Shown in pieces: positions 36,545 through 49,536 of a stretch of 64,000 nt of DNA. Position 1 is the first letter of the stretch. The number at the start of each line of letters is the position of its first letter. Made by a program: the position numbers and the translations under genes. The stretch comes from Selaginella moellendorffii (taxonomy: Eukaryota; Plantae; Lycopodiophyta), in NCBI RefSeq assembly GCF_000143415.4, contig NW_003314261.1, forward strand, positions 2,553,266 through 2,617,265. The letters run 5' to 3'. The notes under the pieces were generated by a model, which did not search any database, had not been told where the DNA came from, and saw only the letters and a list, made by a program, of their open reading frames with translations.

Positions 36545-36795
36545 AATCCCTTCCCTTGCCTTCCTCACTTCCAAAACCCTAAACCCTCAGCCGCTAGAGT
36601 GGGGCCACACACGGAATATTCTTGTCAAGGCTGCTCATTCTGTTAGTTTTGAAGCTAGAAAACGTATATTCTGCTAAACATTTTAATACGGGCATATTCT
36701 GGGAAGTGGCGGAGATATTTGTCTATGCCCGTTGGATTTGCTCCGTGCATTGGACGGCCACAGATCGGGCATTTTGTAGGGTTTGTATCGAAGAA

Positions 36796-37622
36796 ATGGA
36801 GCTTGTGGCAGCGCCACAGGCGGTGCCGCTCGCCAGGATCTCCGGCGCTGCGTCCACTTCGTCGGCATTGAGCAAGGGATTGAGCGTGAGAAGCCCCGCG
36901 ACGACGGCCTTCTTTGGATGCAAGCTCCAATCGCTGCCACTGCAGTTAGCAGGGCGCCAAGCGCGATCGCTACAGGTGAGATTTAGCTAGAGAATGTGGG
37001 GATTTGTGTCCATCTAGAGTGGATTCTCGTGATTCACGAAAATTTCGAGCTATATCACTACTAATGACCTTTAAATCGCAGGTATGCGCGAGTAAGAAGA
37101 CCTTCTCATCCTTCGATGAGCTCCTGCAAAAGTCGGATCGTCCCGTGCTCGTCGACTTCTACGCAACATGGTATGTGGTAATGAATCCCTCGCAAGTTTC
37201 TTCGTGCCTAAAGATTGATTTAGTTGCCGTTGTCTTCTGTGAAAGGTGTGGTCCGTGCCAGTTCATGGTTCCCATCCTTGGTGAAGTCCAAACAGCAATG
37301 AAGGATGAGATCACTGTGGTAAGCCCATTCTTCTCTCTTTTTGTTCGATTGGTTGCCAAGCTTCTCATTTCCAGGTAAAAATCGATTCGGAGAAATACTC
37401 GGACTTGGCGAGCAAGTACAGCATCGAGGCTCTTCCAACATTCATTCTCTTCAAGAACGGCTCGCCTGTGGATCGTTTCGTAAGTTCTAAGCAAAAAGAG
37501 AAAACTTCTTTCAACTTCATTGCTAAAATCCATGGGTTCTTTTGCAGGAAGGTGCTCTACCGGCAGCAAAGCTGATGGAAAGGATCCGCGGGGTCTTAAG
37601 CTCTTGCAAGGCAGGCGTCTAA
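36796..37622 (+). CDS. Plastid thioredoxin, y-type, multi-exon
   Basis: Transit peptide, then KTFSSFDELLQKSDRPVLVDFYATW|CGPCQFMVPIL...VVKIDSEKY...IEALPTFILFKNG...DRFEGAL. Confidence 0.93.
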
Positions 37623-38146
37623 AACGAAAGTTCGTGCCTGGTATCCATTTTTTAAAGGATTCAATCTTATAGAAGTTTGCTTGGCTTCTCCTTCAGAAAC
37701 AATAAAATAAAATGCAACAGTCGGATCGCGAGAAATTCCTATCCTGTTTTTCTGACTTCTGAGCACTGGTTTTTATTGTGATCCAGGATCGTTAGCTTCG
37801 TCGAATCGGGCTTTTTGTCCATAATGACCGGAAATTGTCAAGTGAGATCATTCCATTTTGTGCGGAGAAAAATGTCGACTGACGATTGGTGGCTTGTAGA
37901 TTTGGACGTAACGGAATCGATCAGTTTGATGATGGCTGTATCTCTCCCGGAAATCAGCCCGTTGTAGTAATCCGGCAAGTATAAACTTATCTTCTTGGAT
38001 CGTCGCTTTCAAATTGTCTTCTCAAAACGACCAGCTTGTTCCTGTTCTTTTCAGCCTCGGTAGCACTCAAAAGGTAGAACTTTCTTTCACCCCGACTTCT
38101 TTGCTCACTCGGATGGATCTTTTTCTTTTTCCATGCAGCTTCCAAG

Positions 38147-39751
38147 ATGGCTTCTACAGCAGTTCTTGCGCTCCTGACAGCGACGCTACTCATCGTCTCG
38201 TGCACGGCTCAAGCTCCGGTAGAATCTCCGGCCGAAAGTCCAGAACAAGGGCCCGTCTTGCCAGTCTCTCCAGAGAGCGCTCCGGCGGAGCCCCCGGTTC
38301 CTTCTCCACAAATCTTTGGCATCCCACAGTCGCCGTCGCCGTCTCCGTCTCCATCAGAACTCCCGCCGCCGTCTTCAGCTCCCGTCTTTCTGCCTCCATC
38401 ACCATCACCACTTGAAGCTTTGTCTCCAACTGAAGCTTTGGTTCCAGCTCCAGCTCCATCTCCAGCCTCCCCGCCACCTTTACGTGTTCCAACAAGCTTC
38501 TGCGCACGCTCGGTCCTCCGGAAGACATGTCCGAATCCTCCGACGTTCGACTACATCCAGCTCCCGGACTACGCCGGCAAGTGGTACGAGATTGGAGCCA
38601 CCGCCACCTCCAAGCTGCTGCTCGAGGCCGGGACTATCTGCAACCAGGCCGTGTACGCCGTCCCCAACACCTCGAGCTTCGCCCAAGCGCCAAACATGTC
38701 CGTCACCAACGTCGGGCTTCACGTTGCCGGCCCGCTCACATCTCTCGGCGTCCAGCAGGTTGCGGCCGCCGCTGGAAGCGCCTGCTCGGGCGCTCGAACC
38801 ATCTGCGACCGAGTCGCCAACGACAGCCACACCACCAGAGCAGCAGTGGAGCTCGCGTCCGTGGCCGCGGCCATCGAGCAAGGGAACTTCGCCGCCGAGC
38901 TGCTGGAGCTCCAAGACCAGATCTTCTCGGCCATCGGAGAAATGGAGGCGACGCTCGACCTCTTCTCGCCGTGCATGGAGAGCATCCAGCGTCTCGACGG
39001 CGACCTGAGCCAGGCGGAGATCTTCGCCAACGCCACCACCCCGGAGCAGCGCAACGCGACGCTGCTGGCGCAGGGAGCCCGCCTCGAGGCTCTGGATGGC
39101 CTCCTGGATCAAGCCAACGCGCTGGTGGACTCGCTGCGTCAGTCGGTCCACAAGATGACGCAGTGCACGCCCAAGATCGTCAACATCTCGGCGCAGCTCC
39201 TCTTCGTCGGGGACCTCGAGTCGAGCGTCCGGCTCACGTCGGCTTCCACGGACCTGAGCACCACCGGCGACGCCATCCTCTCCCAGGTCCTGGCGATGCG
39301 TCTCACGCTGAAAGGCATCGCGGCGGCTCGCGGCCTCATCGATCTCGCCATCAGCACCGCATCGCCCAACACCACCGCGCCGAGCTTCGACACCTCTGCC
39401 GGCTTTGCCATCCAGAACGTCACCTCTCCCGGCAAGCTCAAGCTCCAGCTCGCGCCATCCATCGCCGCGCCGGTGCCGCCACCCGCGGCTCCATACTGGG
39501 TGCTATCACTGCGAGGGCGGGCAATGCAGGGATACCGGGCCTCGCTGGTTTACTCGTGCTCGCAGAACAAGGTGACGGGAACGATCCACCAGGGGATGTT
39601 CATCCTTTCCCGGACTCCCAGCCTTCCGCAGAAGATCGTCGGTGAGCTGCTCCAGCTCTCGGCCGCTTTTGGCATCAACAACGACTGTGACGATCCGTTC
39701 CTCTACACTGTCCATCACGGCAAGACGTGCGCCATGCCACCCTCGGAGTGA
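38147..39751 (+). CDS. Secreted ApoD-like lipocalin with Pro-rich N-terminus and a large helical insertion
   Basis: 534 aa intronless: signal peptide; SP/AP-rich linker; CPNPP...YAGKWYEIG...CNQAVY; ~220 aa Ala/Leu/Gln-rich insert; PGKLKL...APYWVL...LVYSC...ILSRTPSL. Confidence 0.75.
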   Translation: MASTAVLALLTATLLIVSCTAQAPVESPAESPEQGPVLPVSPESAPAEPPVPSPQIFGIPQSPSPSPSPSELPPPSSAPVFLPPSPSPLEALSPTEALVPAPAPSPASPPPLRVPTSFCARSVLRKTCPNPPTFDYIQLPDYAGKWYEIGATATSKLLLEAGTICNQAVYAVPNTSSFAQAPNMSVTNVGLHVAGPLTSLGVQQVAAAAGSACSGARTICDRVANDSHTTRAAVELASVAAAIEQGNFAAELLELQDQIFSAIGEMEATLDLFSPCMESIQRLDGDLSQAEIFANATTPEQRNATLLAQGARLEALDGLLDQANALVDSLRQSVHKMTQCTPKIVNISAQLLFVGDLESSVRLTSASTDLSTTGDAILSQVLAMRLTLKGIAAARGLIDLAISTASPNTTAPSFDTSAGFAIQNVTSPGKLKLQLAPSIAAPVPPPAAPYWVLSLRGRAMQGYRASLVYSCSQNKVTGTIHQGMFILSRTPSLPQKIVGELLQLSAAFGINNDCDDPFLYTVHHGKTCAMPPSE

Positions 39752-40250
39752 GAAGAGAGGATCGATCTTTTTTATTCCATTTTCGTTGCTTGGAAATGTC
39801 TGTCTGCTTGTAGCTAGAAACCCTGCTAAAAACGATGCTCCCAGCTCTCTGTTTGCGCAAGCACAAAAATAACGAAATAAGACCATGCTTAAATCTGGCT
39901 CAAAGCACGTTAAATCTGAATCAAACCTCCGTACAGTGCGACACTGAAGTGAGCCACTATATTCTCTTTGAGCACAATAGTCTTTTCTACACAATATTTA
40001 TATTGAGAAAAGTCTAGAAATATTCTATTTTAATTAAAATAAAAATAAAAACTGAATATTCCCATTGTAAAATGTAACATTCTGAAGTCCAAGTGTACAG
40101 TTAAGTCTCTTCTTATGCCGTGTTCAAGCTCATTTCTTAAGAACCAGCCAGTCAAAGTCATGTGTGAATACTCTCCAACTCTGACTGATGCTTGGTGGCC
40201 TTTATATGATCACAAGCACCATTCATTTATTTTATTGTTGTTGCATTCTA

Positions 40251-42210
40251 ATGGAGCTATGTAGGCTATTTGCTTTTGTCCTGCTTGTTGTCAAACTTGT
40301 TTTTCATGGAGATGCTGAAGATTCAGAGTTGGAAGCACTCTTGAGCTTTAAAATTCTGTGGATGATCCTCTGGTGGCACTGAATAACTGGAAGGCAGGCA
40401 CAGACGTTTGCCAATGGATTGGTGTAAGTTGTTCCTCGGTAGGCGGCATCACTGGCATACAGCTTGATTCTCTGTCACTTTGGGGCCTTCTTCCATTTTC
40501 TACCATCCAAGCCCTGCCTCAACTACGCACCTTGAGTGCTTCTGGGAACAACTTCACTGCGATCAAAATATCACCGCAGAAATGCTCTTTGGAGGTCCTC
40601 AATTTGTCAAGCAACGATTTCACTAGTCATTTTCTAGATATTCTTTTGGTTACTTACAAAGACATCAGGCACTTGAACCTCTCACACAACAAGCTAAGAA
40701 AAATTTCGCTGAAGGGAACAATCGGGCATGTTATGGTTTCGGTTGATTTATCTCACAACAGAATCAGTGGCTCGATACCTGCTTCCATTTTCACATTGTG
40801 TAAGAGTCTATCAGACAATCACGTATTTGGACCATTCCTCTCGGTATTTGCCAATCGAAGTTTAGCTACGGTTTTCAAGTCTCTTAAAGTTCTCCAGGCC
40901 GACCACAACAACTTTATAGGTGAACTCCCTACAGTTCCTCCAAGTCTTAAGGCTCTAGACCTGAGCTGCAACTTGTTCAGCACTGGCAACCCAAACATCT
41001 GCCCTGCAAGGTCCTCACTTAAGTCTTTGCTGCTGGTATATAACAGGTTGCATGGTCGGGTTCTGAACTCAGCCATGAACTGTGTGGAAGTGCTTGGTAT
41101 CAGCATCAATTCTCTAGCAGGGCCCATGTGCAGCAGACTTCCGAAGCTTCAACATCTTCTTCTTTGGGGGAACAATCTTGAAGGCAGCATACCCGCTACA
41201 ATCAGCAATTGCAGTGAGCTGGTGACACTAAATCTCAGTTTTAACAATCTCACAGGCGTCATTCCTCAGCAAATATCTAGGCTGAAGAAACTCTGCTTGC
41301 TGTTTCTGAGCAACAACATGATATCTGGAGCAATCCCGGGATCTATTGGAAGTATGCTGAGCCTTCGATCTCTTTTACTGGGTCACAACAAGCTTCAGGA
41401 TAGCCTACCAAGCGAGCTGAGGAACAGCAACGGTCTGTTTTTAGTGAACGACAATCAGTTGACAGGACAAATTCCAAGCTGGATCGGCCGCTCATCAGAA
41501 GTGGAAATAACCGAAATAACCTTCCCGTTTCTGATGGTGTTTGCAATCAACATAGAGGCATCCATCTGCAAAGCTAATGAGGAGGTTTTCATACTGCAGG
41601 GGATCCGCTTGGATGACTTTGAGCACCTTCCATTTGCAACCAGATGCCGAAGTTGGCACCTCCTGGTTCCAACTTAACAACATATACTCAGGTAAACAGT
41701 CCTTTGGCTATTGATCTCTCGCACAACAGCTTCACCGGAACAATCCCAGAGGAATTCGGTGGCATGCGAGACTTAAATGTGCTAAATCTCGCACACAACT
41801 TACTTACAGGGGCCATCCCTTCCACAATTGGAAACCTCAAGAACCTGGAGTGGCTAGATTTATCACAGAACTGGCTTGAATCACACATCCCGGACTCGCT
41901 TGGCAACCTCACCTTCCTGAAATACTTAAACATCTCGCACAACAAGATTCTCGGAAGGGTTCCACAGAGTGCTCAGCTTGCATTATTCCCAGTGAGCAGC
42001 TATGAAGGAAACCCAGGCCTTTGTGGCTTCCCCCTTGGAGAGTGTGCTGGTTTGCATAATCCTTTTCATGATGATCACACAGATGAAGACGATGATGACG
42101 GTCATAGTGATCAAACGATTCTGGCTGCCATTGTTGGTGGTGGTGTTTCATGCATCCTGTGGACCTCTTCAGTAAGAGATGGGAGGCACTGCTTAAACTT
42201 TTTATTATAA
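40251..42210 (+). pseudogene. LRR receptor-like protein, frameshifted
   Basis: Signal peptide/LRRNT (ELEALLSFK; DDPLVALNNW...C.WIGVSC), plant LRRs (L.L..N.L.G.IP), SSYEGNPGLCG, acidic juxtamembrane region and TM. Spread over three frames. Confidence 0.85.
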
Positions 42211-43039
42211 TCTGATTTGTTGTTTAAGACTGGCAAGAAATTAATCCTAGGAGACGAATTGTCCAGTTGAATTCCAAATAAAACTGAAGTAAAAAGTTGC
42301 GGAGAATTTGTCATGCTTGTTCATGTAAGCATTGATTAGAGTGAAACGGCATTGCTTCTATGTGACGCTCAGCAAAATCCGACATGAATCTTTGCTCGCT
42401 TAGCTCCCAAAAAGGTGAAAACAAATTAATTAATTCATTGCTAACAAGTTTTCTTCCATCCATGGAAGCATTTCAATGGAGAAAGGTCAAGAGTATGACA
42501 AATAGATTGGAGAAGATCAGCATCATATGGTAAAGCTAGTAAACGTTTTAACAAGGATAGGCAGATTTGTGGAAACCTTCTACCCCTAACACCAATGTCG
42601 AGGATTCTCAACCCCAGTTCCCAGAGAGCAATCTTCTATAAAGGCAGTAAGTTTTTCCTGGTTATTAATCATTTGATCTTCTAATTCTTTCTTATTATTG
42701 TTAATTATTTTTCCGGCTAAGCAGCATCCAGCGTGATGATCCCGAGCTTGGTCCTTCGAAAGAAGTGGAACTCGACAGAGCTACTCATGAATTCATTGTA
42801 AAACATCAATGTACTTGCCCTCGTTCTTCTGGATCGTACTTTAATCGGGTGACTCCATTGCACACAATCTGACGCATTGACATCATCGTCCACAGTGACT
42901 GGAGATCCTCCGCTAACTAGAATCCAAGAGCTGATGATCGGCTTCCATCCTTAGTTCCATTGAAATCCTTTGTTCACCACCATCCAAGCCAATCCAGATC
43001 CCAATGGAAGTAGCTTCCAATGTCCGAGAGCTTATCAAG

Positions 43040-43271
43040 TGTTATGATCCGGCGCAAAAAGACAAAGATCTAGTTGCCCTAGACTATGCTACGCCACCTC
43101 TTGAGGTTCCTCACCACCCAGCCACCCCCGAGCTACCTCAAAAGCTCCATTGCGCCGCCGCTCCACTGTGAGCCCTAGGGTAGGTTAGTCCCCTACCCTA
43201 ACATGCCTTAATATACCCTTGAGCCTCCCTTTGACCGACATTGACCACGTAGTCAAAGTTGGCGCCTAACA
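43040..43271 (-). repeat. 3' LTR
   Basis: 232 bp; 7 substitutions versus the 5' LTR by manual count. Confidence 0.95.
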
Positions 43272-46200
43272 ATTCTTCCCCCCCAACAAAGTCCTTGTCC
43301 CAAGGACGAGTGGTTCCGGTGATCACCCTTTCTGGGGAACCCTGCTCAAGCTCCTGATCCATCGTCCACAGCCGTATACATCAAGGAGGCATTGGGCTCG
43401 TCACTCCGAGATAGTACACCTTTCAACTAGCTGACATAAAATACCGGATGAATTTTCACCCCAGCTGGCAGCCACACCCGATAAGCCGCTTTACCAATGC
43501 GCTCCAGCACTTCATATGGACCAGCATATCGATGGGAGAGTTTATCACTCTTCCCTGTCCGTAAATGCACCAAGGTGTTCTGCCGCTCACTTGACGGAAA
43601 GACCACTCACACAAAGACGAGATCACCCACCTTATATTCCCGGAATTGGCGATGCTCATTGGCAAACTTCTCCGCTCTATCTTGAGCTGCTTGCAAATTC
43701 CGTTTGCACACCACCAGAATCTCATCAAGTTCGGTGGCCAGATCAGTTGCCTCGGAATCAAGCTTATCTTGAACGTCCTTACTCAAATGCAATCCCAACT
43801 CCACCGCTGTTCGAGGATGCCTTCCAAACATGGCAAAGTAAGGACTTAGCTTGGTTCCACTGTGTTGGCTATTGTTGTAAGCAAATTGCACCAACGGAAG
43901 ATATAGATCCCACTGTCCTTGCCTTTGACCAATGCTACAACGTAGCATATCCTCCACCACTTGATTCACACGCTCAGTTTGCCCATCCGTCTGAGGATGA
44001 TCTCCACTCGAGAGTTTCAAAGTCACTTGCATAGCCTTTGCAAAGCTTTTCCAAAATCCACTGGTGAACTTTGAATCTCGATCACTAATGATGTCCTCTG
44101 GCAAACCAAAATCAGGAAAAACCTTCTCCAAGTAAACCGCAGCCAAGTCTGAGGTAGTGACAGTCTTCCGAAGAGCCAACAACCGCACATACTTCGTCAA
44201 CCGATCCACTATGACCCATACTTGCTCCTTTTGCCTCTGTGTTCGTGGCAAACAAGTGATGAAGTCCATAAAGATACTACACCAACGGCTCTGAGGAATA
44301 GGTAAAGGTTGCAAAAGTCCCCCTGGCTTCTCCCGTGGCACCTTAACCCGCTGACAAAGCTCGCATGATTTACAATACTTGAGGATATCAGCCTTCATAT
44401 TCCTCCAATAAAAGTTGCGCTTAATCAACTCATACGTCTTCTTCCCCCCAAAATGACCGGCCTCTGGACGATCATGATAGTGGAATAAAACTTGAGTAAT
44501 TAACGCATCCACCCGTGGCAAATAGACACGGCCATTGTAGTAGAGAATCCCATCCACCAATGAGAAAGGAGCTTCCATCTGGTCTCGCAAAGAGGCCACC
44601 TCAACATCCTGAGCCTGAGCATGCTCAACCAATTGCCCAAACTCGCTGACCACCTTACTCAAATGATGACAAAATCGTGTTCGTAACGTCGTCACATGAC
44701 GAACATGAGATAAAGCATCCGCCACTACATTTGATTTTCCCGAACGATGCTCAATAGGAAACTCCCCAAACTCCATGAGTTTGACCATCCAATGAGCTTG
44801 CCTAGTGTTCAACTCCTTCTGTGTGAAAAGATACACAAGGGGTTTGTGATCTGTCAACACCACGAACACTGCACCATAAAGATAGTACTGCCACATCCGC
44901 AAAGCATGAACAATAGAGAGTAACTCTTGCTCATATGTGGATTAGCGTTGCTCCGCGGAATTCAAAGTTCGACTCTCATATGCAATAGGCTGTCCCTCTT
45001 GCATGAGAACTCCTCCTAGTGCATAACCACTCGCATCGCATGTCACCTCATAAGGTTTCGATGGATCAGCAATGCGAAGCACTGGAGCCTTGATCAACAA
45101 TCGTTTCAGCGCCACAAAACTCTCCTCTTGTGGTGTCTTCCACTCGAATGGCACATTCTTGCGTAACAACCGCGTCAACGGAATAGCCACCTCTACAAAC
45201 TTATGCTGGAAACGTCGGTAGTAACTAGCCATACCAAGAAAACTGAGCAACTCAGCCACTGTAGTCGGTGTAGGCCAGTTTTCCACCACAGCCACCTTCC
45301 TTGGATCCGTCTTGACACCCTTAGATGTCACAATATGGCCTAGATATTCCACCTCCGACTTTGCAAATTCACATTTGCTCTTCTTCACATAAAGTTTGCT
45401 GTCTCGAAGTAACAAAAGAACCTTGTGCAAATGCACCCTATGCTCCTCCATATTTTTGCTAAAAAAAAGAATATCGTCCAAGAAAATCTCCACAAACTCA
45501 TGAAGATAACGCCCAAATACCTCCGTCATCAACCGAGTAAATGTGGCTAGTGCATTCGTCAAACCAAACGGCATAACAGTAAACTCAAAATGTCCGAAGC
45601 TTGTGTTGAATGCCGTCTTGGAGATAGATGCATCATCCATTGCAATCTGATGATATCCACTCCTCAGATCAATCTTGGTAAACACTCGTGCTTCACTAAG
45701 CTTGTCAAGGATATCATCCACACGTGGCATCGGCATCTTGTCCTTCACTGTCTTCTTGTTTAAAGCACGGTAGTCAATACACATCCGCATTGAACCGTCC
45801 TTCTTCTTCACAAGCAAGACCGGAGCACCAAACGGAGACTTACTTGGCTGAATAAATCCAAACTCAAGTAACTCCTTGACTTGTCGTTGAACTTCTTGCT
45901 CCTCCACATAACTTAACCGAAATGGACGCCGGTAAATTGGTCGCGTCCCCGGCTCCAATGTAATCCCATGCTTCACACCTCGTAATGGAGGCAATCCATG
46001 AGGAAGTTCAGATGGAAAAACATCAGAAAACTCGTCTAGTACATCCCGTATTGCTGCTTCACCCCCACACATGCCTTGGTCCCCCAAGTCACGAACAAAC
46101 AGCAAGTAACTCGAATGTGCTTTTCCATTACGACAAGCCCGCTTCAAAGATGTAGCAGAGAGCATAACAACTGGGGGTTGAACGCCCTCGCCAAACCACA

Positions 46201-47721
46201 CATCTTTAACACCACCATACTCCAGCGAGATACGCTTAATGCTCCACTTTATCTCTGGATCCACCTTCACCAACCATGGCATCCCAAGAATGAGATCCAC
46301 ACAATGGATATCTGCGAGATAAAAAAGTCTCCACAAGTGTGGTTTTGCCAACCAACACTTCCAGCCCCTCGATACAAGCATCGAAATGCTGAGCAGAGGT
46401 AGCTGCACCTTCCACTGTGTATGGAAGAACTCCACGTGTGTTCAGGCGATGCTCCGCAACAAACTTTGCCGAAACAAAGTTGTCATCGCTCCCACTATCC
46501 AATAAAATCTGCACTGGATCGCACGGAACACGCCCTCCAGCATTAAAGCTGATTCACGCGTATCCTCGAGCTCCATCTTGTTCCACACACAGTTGAGTTG
46601 ACGAGCAACGATCGAAAGTCTCTTCCTCCGACCAGAATGGTCGTTCTCGTCATCCTCACGCTGTAAAGCTTGCAACTTTTTAGTATCTGACTTACCGTGA
46701 GAAGATGATTGACCATTCTTCTTGTCCTGCTGCTTGTTCTTCAACTGCGGACAATCAGCCTTGTAGTGTCCAAGTTCGCCGCAATGATGACAACCCTGTC
46801 TATAATTCTTCACAAAGAACTTTTGCTTCTTGGACCCCTTTGCATCTGAAGTAGTCACCACTGACTTCAACTTGTGATACTTGTTCCCATCCTTGTGTCC
46901 ACGGCGATCATCACGACGATTCTCGATAGAAGGACTCCGCGACCGCTTGCGAGACTTGTGCTTGTCATTGTCAAGTCGACGAGCCGCATCAAAGAGCTCC
47001 TCCAAACTCTTTGTAGGATGAGAATGACGCAAGTGTTGCCGCATGCTCTCACTATATAGGCCATCAATGAAGTAGGACTTGTTCTGATCTGGATCCTTCA
47101 TTGGAACACGACTAATCAAGTGAGTAAGCTTCTCAATATAGTCCCCGAGCATCATTTTCCCTTGCTGGAAATGGCGAAGTTCTGTACGAGCATTCTCCAC
47201 ATCGTAATGAGGGGCAAAACGTAAACGGAAAGCAGCCTCAAACTCATCCATGGTAGACACTAGTGGTTTCTTATCCGCAACACGGGACTCCTCAAGCCAA
47301 TTCCACCATCGAAGACCTGCATCACGCAAAACCATCGGAATAGCCACTAAAGCCTCTGCATCTAGAGTTCCTCTAGCAGCCAAGAACTTCTTCACATTGG
47401 CTAGCCAAGCAAGACACTCATCCACACCACCATCACCGGAAAAGGTTGGAATCTTGAGTCGATCTACCAAAGAAGGCTTACTTGGAGTGCTACCCCGTCC
47501 AGCCTCGAGTGCCTCAACACGCCCACACATGGTATCCATCATGCCATGCATCTCGTCTTGCATCTCTTGCTGATTTTTATTAAGGGCTCGCAGCTCATGA
47601 ACCACATCTTGAATGGTCCAAATCTCCGCAGCTTCGTCGGCACCATCGTCAGCACCACCATCGACAATAGGATTCCAGTGTTCAGCTTGGTCGGCCATCG
47701 CAACCAATCCTCTGATACCAA

Positions 47722-47953
47722 TGTTATGATCCGGCGCAAAAAAACTAAGATCTAGTTGCCCTAAACTATGCTACGCCACCTCTTGAGGTTCCTCACCACC
47801 CAACCACCCCCGAGCTACCTCAAAAGCTCCACTGCGCCGCCGCTCCACTGTGAGCCCTAGGGTAGGTTAGTCCCCTACCCTAACATGCCTTAATATACCC
47901 TTGAGCCTCCCTTTGACCGACGTTGACCACGTAGTCAAAGCTGGCGCCTAACA
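47722..47953 (-). repeat. 5' LTR
   Basis: 232 bp, adjacent to the PBS. Confidence 0.95.
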
Positions 47954-49536
47954 TCAAGCCTGCAACTTCTCTCCACCACCACGACCGTCCATACTTCTCA
48001 GCTGCCTCGACCAGATTGCTCCTCGGGTCTACATGCCTTTCCTCTACTTCATTGCACGATTCAGCCCTTCCAACCAGCTCAAGCTATCCCTCTCCAAGAC
48101 GCTCTCCCTCTTCTACCCGCTAGCCGGCCGCTACAAGCTTCTTCCCAATCAGGCCCTCAAGATCCAGTGTTGCGACTCCGGCATCGAGTTCTTTGCCGGT
48201 CTAAACCCTAAACGCCAGCAAATCTCTAGAAGAAGAACTCGGCAGCTTCCACGAGTTTAATCCCAGCCTCGACAGCCTAGCGTCGCGCGAGGCCTTCCCA
48301 ACGCAAGAAGCCACGGAACTTCCTCTTGTCTATCAAGCTCACTCGGTTCCTGTGCCTCCAAGTAGCGACTCACCACAGCGCAGCCGATGGAGTTGCCACG
48401 GCCGATTTCGTGAAAGCCTGGGCGCTGATTTCCTCCGGCCAGGAGCATCGCGTCAATCCGCCACACTTGGAACGATCCCTGCTCCTGCAACCTGACGCAA
48501 TTCCACCGGAATCCACTCCAGCGGAGTACCAGATTGAGCCTCCGCCCTTCCCCGACCCCAGCAATGTGGAGCGTGCAATCCTCTCCTTCACGAGCAGCGG
48601 CATTCGGTCGCTGCTAAAGAGCGACACCACCGCGACTCGATTCGAAATACTGGCGGCTCACCTCTGGATCGCGATCACCCGCGCCAGAACCGAGCTCTCG
48701 CTTCTTCAACTGCATGAGGAAACGAGGCTAGGCTTCGTGGTGAATGGGAGAAAACGTTTCAATCCTCCAATTCCCGATGGCAATGCGGTCTTTCTTGCAA
48801 TCGCATCCTCCAGCGTCGAGCAACTTCTGGCAGGATCGATCGACGGCGCTGTTAATCTCATCCAAGAAGCCAAGTGCAGGATCACGCACCAACACATGCT
48901 ATCCACAGCCGCCTGGATTGCATCGAGGAAGTGCCCGCTAAAGATTTCGCTCTCCTTCAAGCCCTCGGATCTCGTGATCTCGAGCTGGCAGCGATTGGAG
49001 ATGGCTGGCGCGGATTTCGGAAGCGGCAAGCCGGTATTCGCTGGAACCATGGGAATTGTGTGGGCTGGAGTGGCCATCATTTTGCCCGAGATCGAGGGAA
49101 ACGATCGACTTGTCGTCAACACGATGCTTGAGCGCGGTCAAATGGATGTCGTTCGCAGAGATCCTGGGCTCATAATTTAGGGCAACTAAAGCATATTCGC
49201 CTTCATTGACACAGAGTCAATTCTGCTTAGATGATTAGCGAAAGATGCGACGTTGGCAACCAGCCATTTTAGATTCAACTTTGATCTTTGTTTATATATC
49301 AATAAACGTTTTACAATTCTTTTTTTACATTTCAACTCCCTCGTTTGCCTTTTCGTCCCAACTTGTTTTCGTTGCACAGTTGTTCTCGGCAGCCACCAAA
49401 AATGTTTTCCAGCCATAGACATAAGAGATGTTGATGTCCGGAGAATAAAAAAAAGAAAAGCGCAAGCAAATGAAGTTAGTAATGGTGAAAAGGAAATACG
49501 AACTAGCAAGTAAAGCTTTAGTGCTGGCATTTGCAT

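Larger units (their letters stand above)
43040..47953 (-). mobile_element. Complete Ty3/gypsy LTR retrotransposon (4914 bp), coding region disabled
   Basis: 232-bp TG...CA LTRs (43040-43271, 47722-47953); TCAAG TSD; tRNA-iMet PBS TGGTATCAGAG (47710-47720); PPT 43272-43284. Gag with CHHCGELGHYKADC, protease LLDSGS, RT FLDD, RNase H DAS, integrase H...H/C..C and QTDGQTER. Frameshifts near 46540 and 46325, stop at 44942. Confidence 0.97.
43004..49180 (+). pseudogene. BAHD acyltransferase pseudogene interrupted by the gypsy element
   Basis: MEVASNVRELIK|PA across the insertion; LSCLDQ, SLSKTLSLFYPLAGR, HSAADG (HXXXDG), DFGSG (DFGWG-like). Further frameshifts downstream of the insertion. Confidence 0.85.

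Noticed and set aside
42340-42900. Exon-like fragments between the LRR and BAHD pseudogenes, and similarly at 28030-28540
   Set aside because: No coherent frame or recognisable family.
46236-46545. Programmed gag-pol frameshift
   Set aside because: Two single-base indels in homopolymer runs, along with other stops, are better explained as decay.
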